From assembly GCA_951406725.2 (NCBI GenBank), contig OX597819.1, positions 90,892,001-90,956,000 of the forward strand: 64,000 nucleotides of DNA, given 5' to 3'. Made by a program: the position numbers and the translations under genes. Positions 39,815-54,300 of this stretch are shown piece after piece; positions within the stretch are counted from its first letter, which is position 1; each line of letters opens with the position of its first letter. Source of the DNA: Octopus vulgaris. Lineage: Eukaryota. The notes beneath the pieces were generated by a model, which was given only the letters and a program-made list of their open reading frames with translations, was not told the origin of the DNA and did not search any database.

Positions 39815-40321
39815 ATGCCACTATGAAAGGTTGCTCAATAAAGAAAATGAATGGGAGAAAGAGAGTCTGCTGAATGTCGATCCAACAGTGGGACCAGCTA
39901 TCCGAGTTGACAGTACCTTAGCAGATAAAGCAATTAAGAGTATGAAGATAGGGAAAGCCCCCAGCCCATCAGGAATCACTGCAGAGATGCTCTAAATATC
40001 TGGTAGTGTCGGCTATAGCCTAATCACCTGTATAGTCAACCAGGTGATACACAAAGGAGTCATACCCAATGACTGGTGTAGCAGCACTATAGTCAACTGC
40101 TACAAAGGTAAAGATGACACTTTAGATACAAATAATTACAGAGATATCAAGTTGTTGGATCAGGTAATGAAGGTCAAGGAGAGGGTCATAGCCCAACTAA
40201 TTATGGAGAGAGTCAGTTTAAATGAGATGCAGTTTGGTTTCGTACCAGGGAAAAGCACCACTGATGCTATATTTCTGGTAAGACAGCTGCAGGAGAAATA
40301 CCTAGCCAAAGATAAACCTCT
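39815..40321 (+). mobile_element. RTE-clade LINE ORF fragment (RT N-terminal part)
   Basis: KAP.PSGITAEML, IPNDW.S, YKGK.D...NYR.IKLL, QFGFVPGKSTTDAIF.VRQLQEKY; internal stop; truncated where the pogo element starts. Confidence 0.85.
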
Positions 40322-40339
40322 GACTTACTTAAAATTTTT

Positions 40340-41990
40340 AACGCAACTGTTATTATGGTAATCTCAAGCAGAAAATACACTTACACAATCGGCTACAATC
40401 TATAAATGATTGAATATGCCAAACAGCATGACAACAGGGCTGCAGAGAGGCATTTTAGAGCACCATTAAATGAGAAAATGATTCACTACTGGAAGAAACA
40501 AGAGGACCTGTTGAAGCCTGCACCAAGACTTAAATGTAACCTGCATCAGACTGCAGCTAAGTGGCCAGAACTGGAGCAAAAGATGGAGTGGATAGTTGCA
40601 GAGAGAAATTCGGGTTTTGCAGTATCAATAAAAATGATAATCAATGAATCAAAAGTGAGGGCAGCAGCAAGAAGTCTGGATGATTTTTGTGGCACATCAA
40701 GCTGGTGTTATAGATTTATAAAGGGACACGGACTGTCAATAGGAATGTAAACAAGAATAGCACAAAAACTGCTTGAAGATTATAACAGAATAATCGAATT
40801 TCACAGGTTCATAGTCAGTGCAAGGAAAAAGATTGACTACGAACTAGGTTTGATCAGAAACATGGATGAAGTGTCACTAACGTTTGATATGGTATCAAAT
40901 AGAACAAAGGATTTTAAAGGGTCCAAAACCTTAAGTGTAAAGATATCTGGACATGAGAAAACCCATTATACTGCAGTACTATCGTGTTGTGCAGATGGAA
41001 CAAAACTGCCACCGCTGCCAATTTTCAAGAGGAAAACTTTACCAAAAGACAAAATTCCATGTGGAATTTTTGTTCATGTTTACCTAAAGGGGCAGATGGA
41101 TGAAGAGGGGGTGAAGTTATGGCTAGATAAGGTCTGGTCAAGGCATTCTGGTGGCCTCCTTAAAAAAAAACATCCTTTCTTGTGTGGAACTAGTTTTGTG
41201 TCCATAAAACAAAGAAAGGGTGCAGAAATTGAAAACGAAAATGGCAGTGATTCCTAGTGGTTTAGCAAGCCAATTACAACCACTGGATGTATCAATCAAC
41301 AAGCCTTTTAAGGCAATAATTAAAGAAGAGTGGAATCAGTGGATGAAAGCCAAGGACCATGACCTAACACCAACAGGTCATTTGAAAAAGCCAACAATTG
41401 CTCAGGTGTGCGAGTGGATCCTGAAATCATGGAACACTGTGAAAATTGAAGTAATAGTAAAATCTTTTAAAAAATGTGACATCAGTAATGCATTAAATGG
41501 CACAGGAGATGGACATTCTGTTTGAAGATAGTGACGCTTCAGACAGTACTGATAACCCTAATGATTTTTCTGGTTTTGGGGCTATGGGTGACTGCAGTCA
41601 GTTTTCAGGATTTGAAGAGTGAAATATTTTCCTTATACTCGTATATTTAATGTTTGCATACTTTTTAATCTTTTTCCATTGTAACTTAATTGTAACCGTT
41701 TGTTTTGTCATGTCTGTGTGAAATTTTTACAAATGGTAAAAATATAAAATATTTTCAGGATTTGAAGATTAAGATATGTTTTCTTATTTTTAATATTTCA
41801 ACTGTGCAGATTTTATTCTGTTCTGTTTTTATTTTGTTCTAATTGGGACATGATGTTTTTGTGGTACTATATTTTTCAGGATTTTATGATTAAAATGTTT
41901 TTTTTTTATTGTGTAGGTTTTACTGTAATCTTTATTTTATTTTTATTTTGTTCTATTTAGGATATCATGTTCATGTGGTATTTTTACAAA
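40340..41990 (+). mobile_element. pogo/Tigger-family (POGK-like) transposase pseudogene with downstream short repeats
   Basis: Brinker-like/CENP-B HTH (NRAAERHF, KWPELE, SSWCYRF); DDE_1 motifs NMDEV.LTFD, CCADGTKLPP..IFKRK, LQPLDVSINKPFK. Stop at 40748 and frameshifts. TTTTCAGGATTT repeated near 41601, 41753 and 41872. TIRs not resolved. Confidence 0.85.
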
Positions 41991-42494
41991 GAGTAACTGT
42001 GCAATAAAATGTTATTCCATATTTCTCACAATAATTTTCCTATTGTGGAGTTTAGTTTTTCCTTTGTCTGGGACAAGAAAAGTACTGTATAAGTCTACGT
42101 CCAATACTACCAAAATCTTGAAATACTGCACCAGCTGTAGCCCCGTCCACTTGCATGAACTGAGACACTATTGGCTAAGAACCTTCCTGGTGAAATACAT
42201 GAAGATAAAAATCACTGCTGGGCTGAACTAGGGAATAGTCGAAATGGAGTATCGTAGTGCAGGAGTGGATCCAGAAATTTCTGGTGCAGGGTAGATCTGA
42301 GGTCTGATTCATTGCAATTTATCAATGAAATGACAGTGTAATATGTTTAGAGATACTGAAAAAATTAATCTTTATATTGAACCCTTCAAAGATTGTTTGT
42401 TGTTGGTACAAAAATATGCTTTCCATCATACATATCTAAACAAAACAGTCAAATTTGAAAAAGGTTTCTTGGCTGCTGCTGCTGCTGCTGCTGC

Positions 42495-42564
<70 letters not shown>

Positions 42565-43139
42565 GGTGGTGGTGGTGGTGGTGGTGGGGTGCATCTCCAT
42601 ATCACCCCCTCTGAATCCATCCCTATTGTTGTGTAGTTTCAGTATTACAGTGGCTTAAACTGTTGTGTAGTTTCAGTATTACAGTGGCTTATTACAGTGG
42701 CTTAAACTGTAGGCTTAAACTTTGAGAGTAAACTTACCATACCATGTCCCTGTGATGAGGAACCCACAAAACAAATTGGCAAGGTAGATGAGTGCAGCCT
42801 TTTGTTAGTTTTTAAAAACTAAAACAAAAAAAAAAAAACAGAAATGGCTTTACCTTCGCCAAACACACACACACACACACAATTTTTAAAAAGAGAATGA
42901 TTGACAGCAGATTGAAGTTTTGGTTTACTGGGCATCAGAAGTTGATGAATCTGATGACAGCTGGATAGTCAAAACTTCAAAGTCTCTGTCAGTTATCTTC
43001 TAGTAAAAATTAATAAATACAGACTCAACAGAAAAGTACTGAGTAATCCTTTAATACAGTTTAATGTTAAATTGTTTACATATATAATTCCACATAAAAG
43101 CAAACACTTATATATATACATACGTCCCATTTTGTATTT

Positions 43140-43195
<56 letters not shown>

Positions 43196-43374
43196 AATGC
43201 TTGAAATGAGGAATATATAGACAGCCGACAACTGATGAAGGGTCCTTTGTCTGCATTTACTTGTCGTGTTTCCCATTTTTTTTCTCGTTGTTTGCATATT
43301 TCATTTGTTTTTTCCATCATTTGTTTACGCATTTCATGTTATTTGCACTGCTAGTGACATCTTGTACCCATATA

Positions 43375-43408
<34 letters not shown>

Positions 43409-43437
43409 TATATCATTTATACACACACACACATACA

Positions 43438-43472
<35 letters not shown>

Positions 43473-43545
43473 CATATATATATGTGTGTGTGTGTGTGTG
43501 TATAAAATATATATCTATATAATATAATATATATGTATATATATA

Positions 43546-44804
43546 CGAGGGGCGTTCAATAAGTAATGCCCCTGACCCACTTCCCATAGCAGTAGAGCAA
43601 CGAAACTTGGCACAGTTATTAGTCTTTTTCTACATAGGAACCCCTCAGAGTTACGCATTTCTCCCATCATTTGATGCAGCTCTGGAGACCGTTTTTGTAG
43701 AAGAACCCAGCTTGGTCCTCCAACCTCAACGTGACTTCAGAAATCAAGGTTGCATCATCTGGGAAACGCTTTCCTTTCAAAAACAACTTCATGATTGGGA
43801 AGAGGTGAAAATCAGAGGGTGCAAGATCAGGAAAGTAGGGGGATGGGGAGGAGTTCATAGCCATACGCCTGTGCTTCTGATCTGGCGACAAGCGAGTTGT
43901 GGACCGGAGCGTTGTCCTGCAGGAGGAGGATGCCTTTGCTGATCTTGCCCCGCCTCTTGATTTTGATAACTTCTTTTAATTTCCTCAAAAGTGAAGCATA
44001 ATAGGCTCCTGCAATTGTGGTACCCTTTGCCAGGAAATCTGTCATCACTACTCCGTCCTGGTCCCAGAAGACTGTGAGCATGACGTTGCCAGCAGAGGGC
44101 TGCACCCTTGCCTTCTTTGGAGGGGGTGAGTCATGGTGCTTCCACTGCATTGACTGGGCTTTGGTCTCTGGATCATTGTGATGGACCCAGGTTTCATCCT
44201 GTGTAATCAGTCTTTTGAAAAATTTTGACTCATCTTCTTGGCACATCTCCAAATTCACCCTTAAGCACTCGACGCGTTCTTGCTTCTGGAAAGGCGTGAG
44301 CAACCTGAGAATCCATCTGGCAGACACCTTTTGCATATGCAAATGGTCATGAATGATAGTTTCTACAGACCCGGTACTAATCTTGACCTCATGGGCTATT
44401 TGGCGAATAATTATGCGTCGATCTTCCAAAATGGCAGCCTCAACTTGACGGACAGATGCCTCATCAATGGCAGAAGGGGGCGACCAGATCTGGGAGCTGT
44501 TTCCACAGAGTTCTGACCATGTTTGAATTCACGATGCCAGCGTTTTACAAGGTCATATGATGGGGCATCATCACCATAAGTTACTTTCATTTCATCAAAA
44601 GTCTCCCGTGGTGTGCGTCCTTTCAAATACAAAAACCGGATCACTGCTCGACACTCAACAGGCTCCATTTCACACTTGACTCGGTTCAAACACCTGTAAA
44701 TCAGAAACCACAATTAATTCAGAGCTGTAATTTGCCACTTACTCTATAGAGATATAAATGATTGCACAAGTGGGTCAGAGGCATTACTTATTGAACGTCC
44801 CTCG
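43546..44804 (-). mobile_element. Full-length mariner (DD34D) transposon, 1259 bp
   Basis: 37-bp TIRs CGAGGG(G/A)CGTTCAATAAGTAATGCC(C/T)CTGACCCACTT with 2 mismatches; TA on both sides, within (TA)n. Confidence 0.93.
43619..44668 (-). pseudogene. mariner transposase with two frameshifts and one premature stop
   Basis: MEPVECRAVIRFL...; RSGRP; SARW..RLL; TQDETW; QDNAPVH; Y.PDLAPSDFHLF. ORF pieces 44411-44713, 43827-44429 and 43667-43891; original stop at 43619. Confidence 0.9.
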
Positions 44805-44836
<32 letters not shown>

Positions 44837-44968
44837 CACACATATATATATATATATATATATTATTTTCTATCTTTTACTTGTTCTAGTCATTAGAGTG
44901 TTGCCATGGCCATGCTGGGGCACCGTTTTGCAGAATTTCATTTGAACAAATCAACTCGGGAACTTTTT

Positions 44969-45665
44969 TTAAGCCTGAAACTTCTCCTCTAGTTCTGATA
45001 GTGACCCAGCAATTAGAGCAAGGTCATCAGCAAAGAGAAGCTCCCAGAGGCATCCTGTCTTGAATTCCTCTGTTATTGCCTGGAAGATTCTGATGAATAA
45101 GAGGGGGCTGAGGATTGATCCTTGGTGGACCGCTACCCCCACCCGGAATTCCTCACTGCACTTGTTGCCAACCCTCACCTTACTAACAGCATCCCTGTAC
45201 ATGGCTTGCACAGCTCTCACTAACCATTCATCTATCCCTAGTTTCCTCATTGACCACCAGATAAGGGATTGGAGGACCCTGTCAAAGGCTTTATCTATGT
45301 CAATGAAAGCCAGGTACAGAGGTTTATCTTTGGCTAGGTATTTCTTCTGCAGCTGTCTTACTAGAAATATAGCATCAGTGGTGCTTTTCCATGACACAAA
45401 CCCAAACTGCATCTCATCTAGACTGACTCTCTCCCTAAGTAGTTGGGCTATGACCCTCTCGGTGACTTTCATTACCTGATCTAACAACTTGATACCTCTG
45501 TATTTATTTCTGTCTAATGTGTCACCTTTACCTTTGTAGCAGTTGACTATGGTGCTGTTACACCAGTCACTGGGTATGACTCCTGGGTATGTATCACCTG
45601 GTTGACTATATGGGTGACTAGACTATAGCCGAAACCACCAGGTATTTTAAGCATCTCTGCAGTGA
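44969..45665 (-). mobile_element. RTE-clade LINE RT fragment, same family as 39815-40321. 3'-terminal RTE pieces also near 48100-48320(+) and 23940-24090(-)
   Basis: QFGF, STTDAIF, AFID..KAFDRV, VHQGSILSPLLF, LLFADDLAL; GRGRPRKTW near 48190. Confidence 0.88.
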
Positions 45666-45729
45666 TATATGTATATACATGTATATGTATGTATGTATAT
45701 ATATCTATATCTATATCTATATCTATATA

Positions 45730-45762
<33 letters not shown>

Positions 45763-45898
45763 ATGTAGCCATTTATATGTACATATACATATATATATAT
45801 ATATGTATGTATACATGTATATATATATATATACACACACACACACAAGAAGAGAGTAGAGAAAGTAAGATAGCAGTATGCTTAATGAGGTTTTTCAA

Positions 45899-45937
<39 letters not shown>

Positions 45938-46514
45938 ACATGCGTGCGTTTGCATATGCGCGTGCTTGTGTATGTATATAAAATTAACTGCAAAAGAAAC
46001 AAAACATGTTTCTCGTGTGTGTTCTCATAAGAGACACATTCCTCTCTGTTACTTTATCCTGCAGTGATGCATGGAGAGATTGACACAGAGAATGGAACGA
46101 AAATATCAAGTATCTTCCAAAATATGAATCACGCAAAGTATATGGGAGAGGAGGAAAGACAAAAACCAAAATGAAGCACCATCTAGTCCAACCTTCTAAT
46201 TCTGTGTAAACACGGAGTCAAGCATTACAAAGTAAACAGTGTAACTTCTTAATATTGATCAGGAAATACCTCTATGGCTCACTCTTAATGACAAATGCCT
46301 TAAAATCAAGCCGATGCCAACTAGGGAGTGTCTTGGGGGTCTTTAACATGCATTAAATAGCAGCCAGTTCTTCCCTACCTGCCATGACACACCCAAAAAG
46401 CAAGAAAGAAGTCTAAAAACTAATTCAAAACACAGAAGTATTGGAGCCAGACAAAATCTCATATTCATACCTTATATATATATCATCATCATCATTTAAC
46501 ATCCATCTTCCATG

Positions 46515-46591
<77 letters not shown>

Positions 46592-49466
46592 ATAGTGGAC
46601 AAATCTCCCTCATTTGCTTTGCTGTCTTAAAAAAAAGGAAAGACACATTAATTAATGTGGTCCTAGATAACACAATGATTGAATAAGAGAAGAGTTGGCC
46701 ATGATTGTAATGCCCTTGATTATAGGTCTGTATCATCAGGATTGACATGGGTGGGGGAACAAGAGCCATGCCATTTTCCACAAAATCAAAAACAATAGCT
46801 AGTTTGAGTTGTATATTTTGACAAGGCAAACCATATACTAACTGAAGAACTCAAAATGTTGTGGAGGCAGAATAACAGATACACACACACACACAAGTAT
46901 GTATGTGTATGAGAAGGTGTATGGCTTAGTGGCAAGGGTATTTGGCTCATGATCAGAAGGTCATGCGTTCAATTCCTGGTGATGAAATATACTCTTGAGC
47001 AAGACACTTTACTTCTCTTGCTCCAGTCCACTCAGTTGGCAAAAATGAGTTGTACCTGCAATTCAAAGGATCTTCTATATATCTGAAGAAAGCCATCGTG
47101 CTCTGGTTCTTACTGATGAAAACTATGTTCAGAAATAGAAGGAAGGAGAAATGATGGATGGATCTGTAAGGCACATTGGTAGCCTATAATAAGAGTCAGC
47201 AAGTTCCTATCATCTCTGACAGTCCTGGAAAATGTGAACAATGAGGGCCATGTCAAACTACCTCATTTCTTCCTGTAGGGCCTAAGGTTCACTGCATTGA
47301 GATCTTGAATATTGTGGTCAAGTTCTGGATCAAGTGCATAGCTGAGGGTGGAAGGGTAAGTATTCTTGCAGGACTCTGCTCTCTCATAGGTGACCCCTAT
47401 GTAATTGATTGAGAATTCTTACATGACCCTACAACATATGACGACCTAGTTCTCCTAATTTGAACCCTCTGGATTGCTGCATCAAGGGAAACATCAAAGG
47501 ACGAGACCAACCAGCAGCTCCAAAGTGTTAAGGACTTATGGGTGTGTGTAGGGGATGGGTGCAAAGATGGGGGCCATCTGAGTTGCATGCAGTTACCTCT
47601 GTGGTTACCACAGGAGTCAGGAACAATTTTGTTGAATGGCTTGTTTCTATTATATATTTAGTTGAACACATGTGCTGTTTTTTGGAGTATACTGTTTATT
47701 TGTACATAGTGTCATTTTTTTCCATGATATTTTGTTTTGTTTTCGGCTGCCTGGTGCACTTACTTGCAGGAGTGGTGTAAAATTATAAAAATATACAAGA
47801 GTAATCAACAATAAATTTAGATCATGCATTAAATGAAAATTATCATCTCAGATGTTCTTAACTCTTTTGATGAAATTAAACATCCTAAGACCATCCCTGG
47901 TCCTATTTTACCAAGTTATCTGAAGTTGCTTCATTAACGTCAGCATATTTTAATTAAGCTCTCAATTGAAGCCTCATTATTATAGGATTGTTGTTATCTA
48001 CATAGAAATTTAATCATTTGTATATATAATATTAAAGTAGAAAAATCTACTATACTCTTGTATAAGAGCATTGTCCTAGAAGTTCTATTCTCAGTGTCAT
48101 TGATATATGGTATGGTCATGTGAAGTGTGTGGATGAGGACAGCTGTGTAAAGAAGTGCCAATTTCTAACTGTGGAGGAAACCTGTGGAAGAGGTAGACCC
48201 AGGAAGACATGGGACAAGGTAGTGAAGCATGATCTTCAAATGTTGGGCCTCACGGAGGTGATGACAAGTGACTGAAACCTCTGGTGATATACTGTGAGTG
48301 AGAAGGCTTGTCAGACCAAGTGAAATCATTGTTGTGGCCATACAAATACCATATAAATGGCTCCTGTGAAATTGGAGTTGGGCTGTCACCAGTGCTTTGT
48401 AAATGGCACCCATAATCAATCATGATACTCAACTTGTACTGATTTTATCGACCCTGAAAGGATGAAAGGCAAAGTCGACCATGGCAGAATTTGAAATCAG
48501 AATATAAAGATGGACAAAATGTCGCTAAGCATTTTGTCTGATGTGTTTACAATTCTGCCAGCTCATTACCCTATATACCAATAAATATTGACTAAATGAG
48601 TGAGTTTATCTCTGTACCTTTGCTAGTCCTGTCGTCCAAGATATATAGTAATCCCTTGCCATATAGCAGTTCACCTATTGTGGTTTATTATTTAAGCTTA
48701 CACCAATTCCTCCATGGTGTTGGTTTGCATTTATAATAAAATGAATATATACAAATTATAAAAATAACAAAAAACAAATATATACAGTACACTACTGTTT
48801 CTACTTCCCGGATTTCCACCTATTGCAGTGGAGTTTGGAACATAACACTGAAGGATGACTAAATGCTTTCATAGGTACCCTTGGGAATATATAACAAAAT
48901 AACCAATAAATATTGACCAGATCAACAAGGGAGCTTCTGTGTGTTTATCTATAGAAATAGTGGTCAAACTTCCTTGCAAAGGATGAACACATCACATGCA
49001 ATAGTCTCAAATGTTATAGTTTATCTCTTATCACTTACTTGTTTCAAGCGTTTGACTGTGGTCATGCTGGGGCACTGCTTTGAAGAGTTTTAATCAAATA
49101 AATCGACCCAAGTACTTATTTTTTTAAAAATGTGGCCCTTATGTTACCAAGTTGTAAACAAATCAACACTGGTTCTTGATTAGTGTAAGAGGACAAACAG
49201 ACACAAAGTCATGCATGTACACACATGCACACACACACAGGTACACATGCACACAGGTACACATGCACACATGCACACACACACAGGTACACATGCACAC
49301 ACAGGTACACATGCACACACACACACACATGTACATACACAATGAACTACACTGTTTCCATCAATGAAATTCACACACAAGGCATTGTTTGGCCTTGGGC
49401 TATAGTATGATGATGATACTCAGTTACAACTAGCATGTGTCTTGACAAGCATATACACAAACACAC

Positions 49467-49503
<37 letters not shown>

Positions 49504-50139
49504 TGCAAGCACACACAATAAGTTTCATTCAGTTTTCATTTACCAAATCTATTTACAAGGCTTTGGTTAGCCCAAAGCTTTAATAGACCCCACTTGCTCA
49601 ACACTCCACAATGGAATTGAACCGAAGACCACATGATAGAAAAGCAAGCTTCTTAACCACACAGCCAAGCTGGCATCTAGTTTTATATATTTTATATTGC
49701 AATTTATGGACAACAGTATTGTTGATGACAGGTTTTCAATGGGCCAAGTACTGGCTCACTGCATTTATGCCAGCAAAATTACTAGCAAGTATTGTATCTT
49801 GGTATATCTCAACAAAATTTATTCCTATATATTTCATCATCATCATCATCCAAACATATACACACGTGTATGCGCAAACACACACACACACATACAGAGT
49901 GTACGTAAATTATTTTTACACATTGATATAATAAATTGCAGAAAATGTTAAGATAATTTATAAACATTCTCTCTCCCTCTATCTTATCCTTTTTCTCTCT
50001 CTCCTTTTCTCTCTTTTCCTTTCTCTCTCTCTCTCTCCTTTTCTCTCTCTCTCTCTATATATATATCTATCAATCTATCTATCTATCTATATATATATAT
50101 ATATATCTTTTTATTTTCTCTGTTTATTTTCTCATACTC

Positions 50140-50175
50140 CTTTCTGTTGAAGAGCACAGGCTCGAAACGTAAAAG
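50140..50175 (+). ncRNA. Hammerhead-like motif, CUGUUGA+A variant (best-preserved copy of this family)
   Basis: CTTT CTGTTGA A GAGC-acag-GCTC GAAA CG TA AAAG; stems I and II perfect; element 50106-50270 is flanked by (TA)n. Confidence 0.65.
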
Positions 50176-50268
50176 AATTTCTCACTTTCCTAAGTGTCAA
50201 ACTAATACATCTGCTTGTTGCTCATACACTTGTCTTTTTGCTTTGTTTTTCTGTAAAATTCAACTATA

Positions 50269-50300
<32 letters not shown>

Positions 50301-50306
<6 letters not shown>

Positions 50307-50552
50307 CCCCACCACCAATACCCCCCCCCCACCAATACCACCCCCTCCCAATACCACCCCTCCCACCACCACCACCAATGCCACCCCCTCCCACCCCCAC
50401 CACCAATACCAATACCACCCCCTCCCACTCCCACCACCAATACCACCCCCTCCCACCCCCACCACCAATACCCCCTCCCCACCACCACCAATACCACCCC
50501 CACCACCACCAATACCACCCCCACCACCAATACCACCCCCCCACCAATACCG
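50301..50552. repeat. C-rich minisatellite built from CCACCAATA / CCACCCCCTC units
   Basis: About ten irregular repeats of CCACCAATACC are directly visible. Confidence 0.85.
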
Positions 50553-51296
50553 GTGAACACTGTTCTCACCATCTACACCGGATACTCCCTCCTCCTCCCC
50601 CACCACCCCTTCCTACCCCTTCTCCTCATATGCTTTCACTGAGAAAAGACAAGCTGCTAGCGTCTCAGCTCATCAACCGCCCTCTGATCTTACGCTTCCT
50701 CCAGGTTTGGATCTGACACTGCCTCAATCCTACTATCTCCTTCCAGTCCCCTCCATGCCTCGTAATATCCTACGTTTTTATTTCTTACGAACCTGCACCA
50801 ACCCTTCCTGCCATCGTTCCTCCTTACCCACCCAACCTTCCCCACACCTACCCATATATATATATACACATCCTACGTTTATATTTCTTACGAACCTTCA
50901 CCAACCCTTCCTGCCATCGTTCCTCCTCCCCCAACCTTCCCCACTGGTGCTCCCCTATATTACCTGCACCCCTTTACTATCTCTCCCTCTCTTTTCACTG
51001 GTGAAACCTTTCTCAGCTGGACCCCCCCCAACTCAACTCTACCCCGCATCCCGTTGCCCCCGTGTCCCTGGCACGTTAAAAGCTCGAACCGATCGTGACC
51101 GATGGCGGACCCCCCGGCCCCTGTGCAGGTGGCACGTAAAAAGCACCCAATCCACTCACGGAGTGGTTGGCGTTAGGAAGGGCATCCAGCCGTAGAAACT
51201 CTGCCAGAATCAGACTGGAGCCTGGAGCGGCCCCTGGCTTCCCAGACCCCGGTCGAACCGTCCAACCCGTGCTAGCGCGGAAAACGGACGTTAAAC

Positions 51297-51338
<42 letters not shown>

Positions 51339-54300
51339 ATAATTATCATCATTTAATGACTGTTTTCCATGCTAGCATAGGTTGGGCAGTTCGACTGGGG
51401 TCTGGGAACCAGGCTCAAGTCTGATCTGGTAGTGTTTCTACAGCTGGATGCCCTTCCTAAGGCCAACCACTTTGTGAGTGTAGTGGGTGCTTTTTACGTG
51501 CCAATGGCACAGGGGCCTGGGGAGACTGGAAACAGCCATGATCGGTTGGTGCCTTGTGTGTGTGTGTGTGTGTGTGAATGTTTGTGTGACTGTGTTTGTT
51601 TATGTCCCCGTAACTTAGTGGTTCAGCAAAATTGATTGATAGAATAAGTACTAGGCTTACAAAGAATAAATCCTGGGGTTGATTTGTTTGACTAAAGGTG
51701 GTGCTCCAGCATGGCTACAGTCAAATGACTGAAACACACACACCTACACACACACATACACACACACATACACATATACACACTCACATACACACACCCA
51801 TAAATTACTGTATAGCTTTTATTTATCGAATTCCATTCATGAGATATTGCTTAACCCTTGACTATGGTAGAAGGTATTTGGCGAAAGTGCCATGCAGTGG
51901 AATTGAATTCAGATCTACATGGTTGTGTAGTAAACTTAACCTCGCAGCCAATATCTGCACTCATGATCCATCAGAGCCCCTGATGATGCTGCTTCAGCAT
52001 GGTTGCAAGCTAAACACTAAAACTGGCAAAGGTAATAACAATATAACAGCATAGAAGGGCACTTATGATTTAGTTGTATTGCTATCATTGAAAAAAAAAA
52101 AAAAAAAAACTCACTCAGTTAGTGACTGTCACATGTTGTCACTGGTTACTTCACTTGTGTTCATTCATTCTGAGCAGCTAAATGTCTTTTTTACAGATTC
52201 AAGTGAACTGTTGTCCTTTGATATGAACTCTGATTTATCAATAATTAATACATAAAATGAAAGTGAGTATCAACAAATGAGCTGCTACAAAGCCACTTGA
52301 TCTGCTACAAATAGCAGTTAGATTTCCTTCAAACATCACCTTACCATTATTAGAAAAGTAAGACATGTAGCAACCTTATGCAAACAACAGTTTAGTTTCA
52401 CTGTTTTGTCATGTGTTTTATTTTAACCAGTTAGTGATTAGTAGGCTATCAGTCATGCTTGTCACTAGACAATTCTTTTGTTAATATATTTCTGTTAAAA
52501 TGAGGGCAGCAAGCTGGTAGAATTGCTAGCACGCTAGACAAAATGTTTAACAGTATTTCATCAGTCTTTACATTCTGTGATTAAATTCCACTGAGGGTGG
52601 CTTTGCCTTTCATCCTTTTGGGGTTGATAAAATAAGTACCAGTTGAGCACTGGGGTTGATGCAGTCAACTTAAACCTCCCTGAAATTGCTAGCCTTGTAC
52701 CAAAATTTGAAATTAATATTTCTATTGAAAAGCATTGCTTTCGTTTAATTTAATCTTTAAGATAAAGAAGAATTTAATACAGCTGGTGTTTGGAACATAA
52801 GTTAACTTGAAATTCTGCTAAAAAATCATAATTTAGATCACTTTAAAACTGAAAGTTTATGCCACAGAATTAGAGGCAGTCTTAAATGGTTTGGTGGCAA
52901 ATGAGTTCACATAATACACTACTGTTATTATGTCCTATTGTAGCTAATCTGAAATTTTAGCCAATTAGGTATTTTAGTTAATCAGTGTTTAGTGAGTCAC
53001 ACTTTGGCTATTTAAGAGAATATATGACTGCTTCATCCTTTTTCGTTTTTGCTGTCATATTTTACTTTATTCACCATACTCAGCTTTTGTCAGCAATAAA
53101 CTTTGCCCTTGGCCTGGTTACTATAATAGGGTAACTTCTTCCAGTTAAAAGACATGTATAAGTGATTTTTCTCTATTTTTCAACTTTTATCCTTTACTTG
53201 TTTCAATTTAACTGTGGCCATGCTGGGGTACTGCCTTGAAGAATTTTAGTTGAATTTATCAACCCTGTACTTATTATTTCTTGTAAAGACTGGTACTTAT
53301 TTTATCAGTCTCTTTTTCCAAACCACTAAGTTACAAGGACTTAAACACACCAACACCGGTTGTCAAGTGGTGGTGGAGAATGAAAACACACACACACACA
53401 CACACACACATGTATACAACAGGCTTCTTTCAGTTTCTATCAACCGAATTCACTCACAAGATTTGGTTAGCCCAAGTAGAAGACACTTCCCCAAAGCGCC
53501 ATGCGATGGGACCGAAACTGGAACCATGTAGTTGGGAAACAAACTTCTTACCACACATCCACATCTGTCCCTATCTTGAAAGTCATTTATTTGTTTGTTC
53601 ATATTTGACCCTCCAACATGCCATTCCATTGGGTTTGTAGGATAAGAAAATATATCTCTACATTTCTTTTTATTGGTCATTATCCAATTGACTTTGTAAA
53701 GCATAAAAATATGTAAATCTTTTACTTGTTTCAGTCATTGGACTGTGGCCATGTTAGAACACTGCTTTCCTGTAATACTTTTAACAAGACATTCTTTATA
53801 TGACTTTGTTAAATACAAAAATAATTATGTACTTTTTCACAAATATATTTATGTAAACTTGTCTTGATTGAAGTAGTACATTAAATGCATTACATTTTCT
53901 ATGTTTGAATCCTATCCTATTTTAACATGTATTCTTAAGCCACATACTATGTTATTTTGTTGCTTGATTCTACCAACTAGATAGGAAAATGTCTATTTTT
54001 TATTGGTATGTAGGAAGTAATATAAGAAATTGCTTTTTTGGACAAAAATAAAAAGTAAATGGTAGGATGATCATGACTGGAACACACTTGATCATAGGTC
54101 TGCTTGAGCAGAGTTGTCCTATGGGTAAACAGTCAACCAACTGTGGAAATAAATGTTTTTCATTTGTTGGAGGTTCCGCTACACTGCTTGAAAGCTTCAT
54201 AAAATTGTCTGATTGGTGGAGCTTGAAATCACAAAAATAATACATGTTACCTTGAGTTGATATATTTTTGTAGGATTGTAATAATGAAATCATCTTGCTA

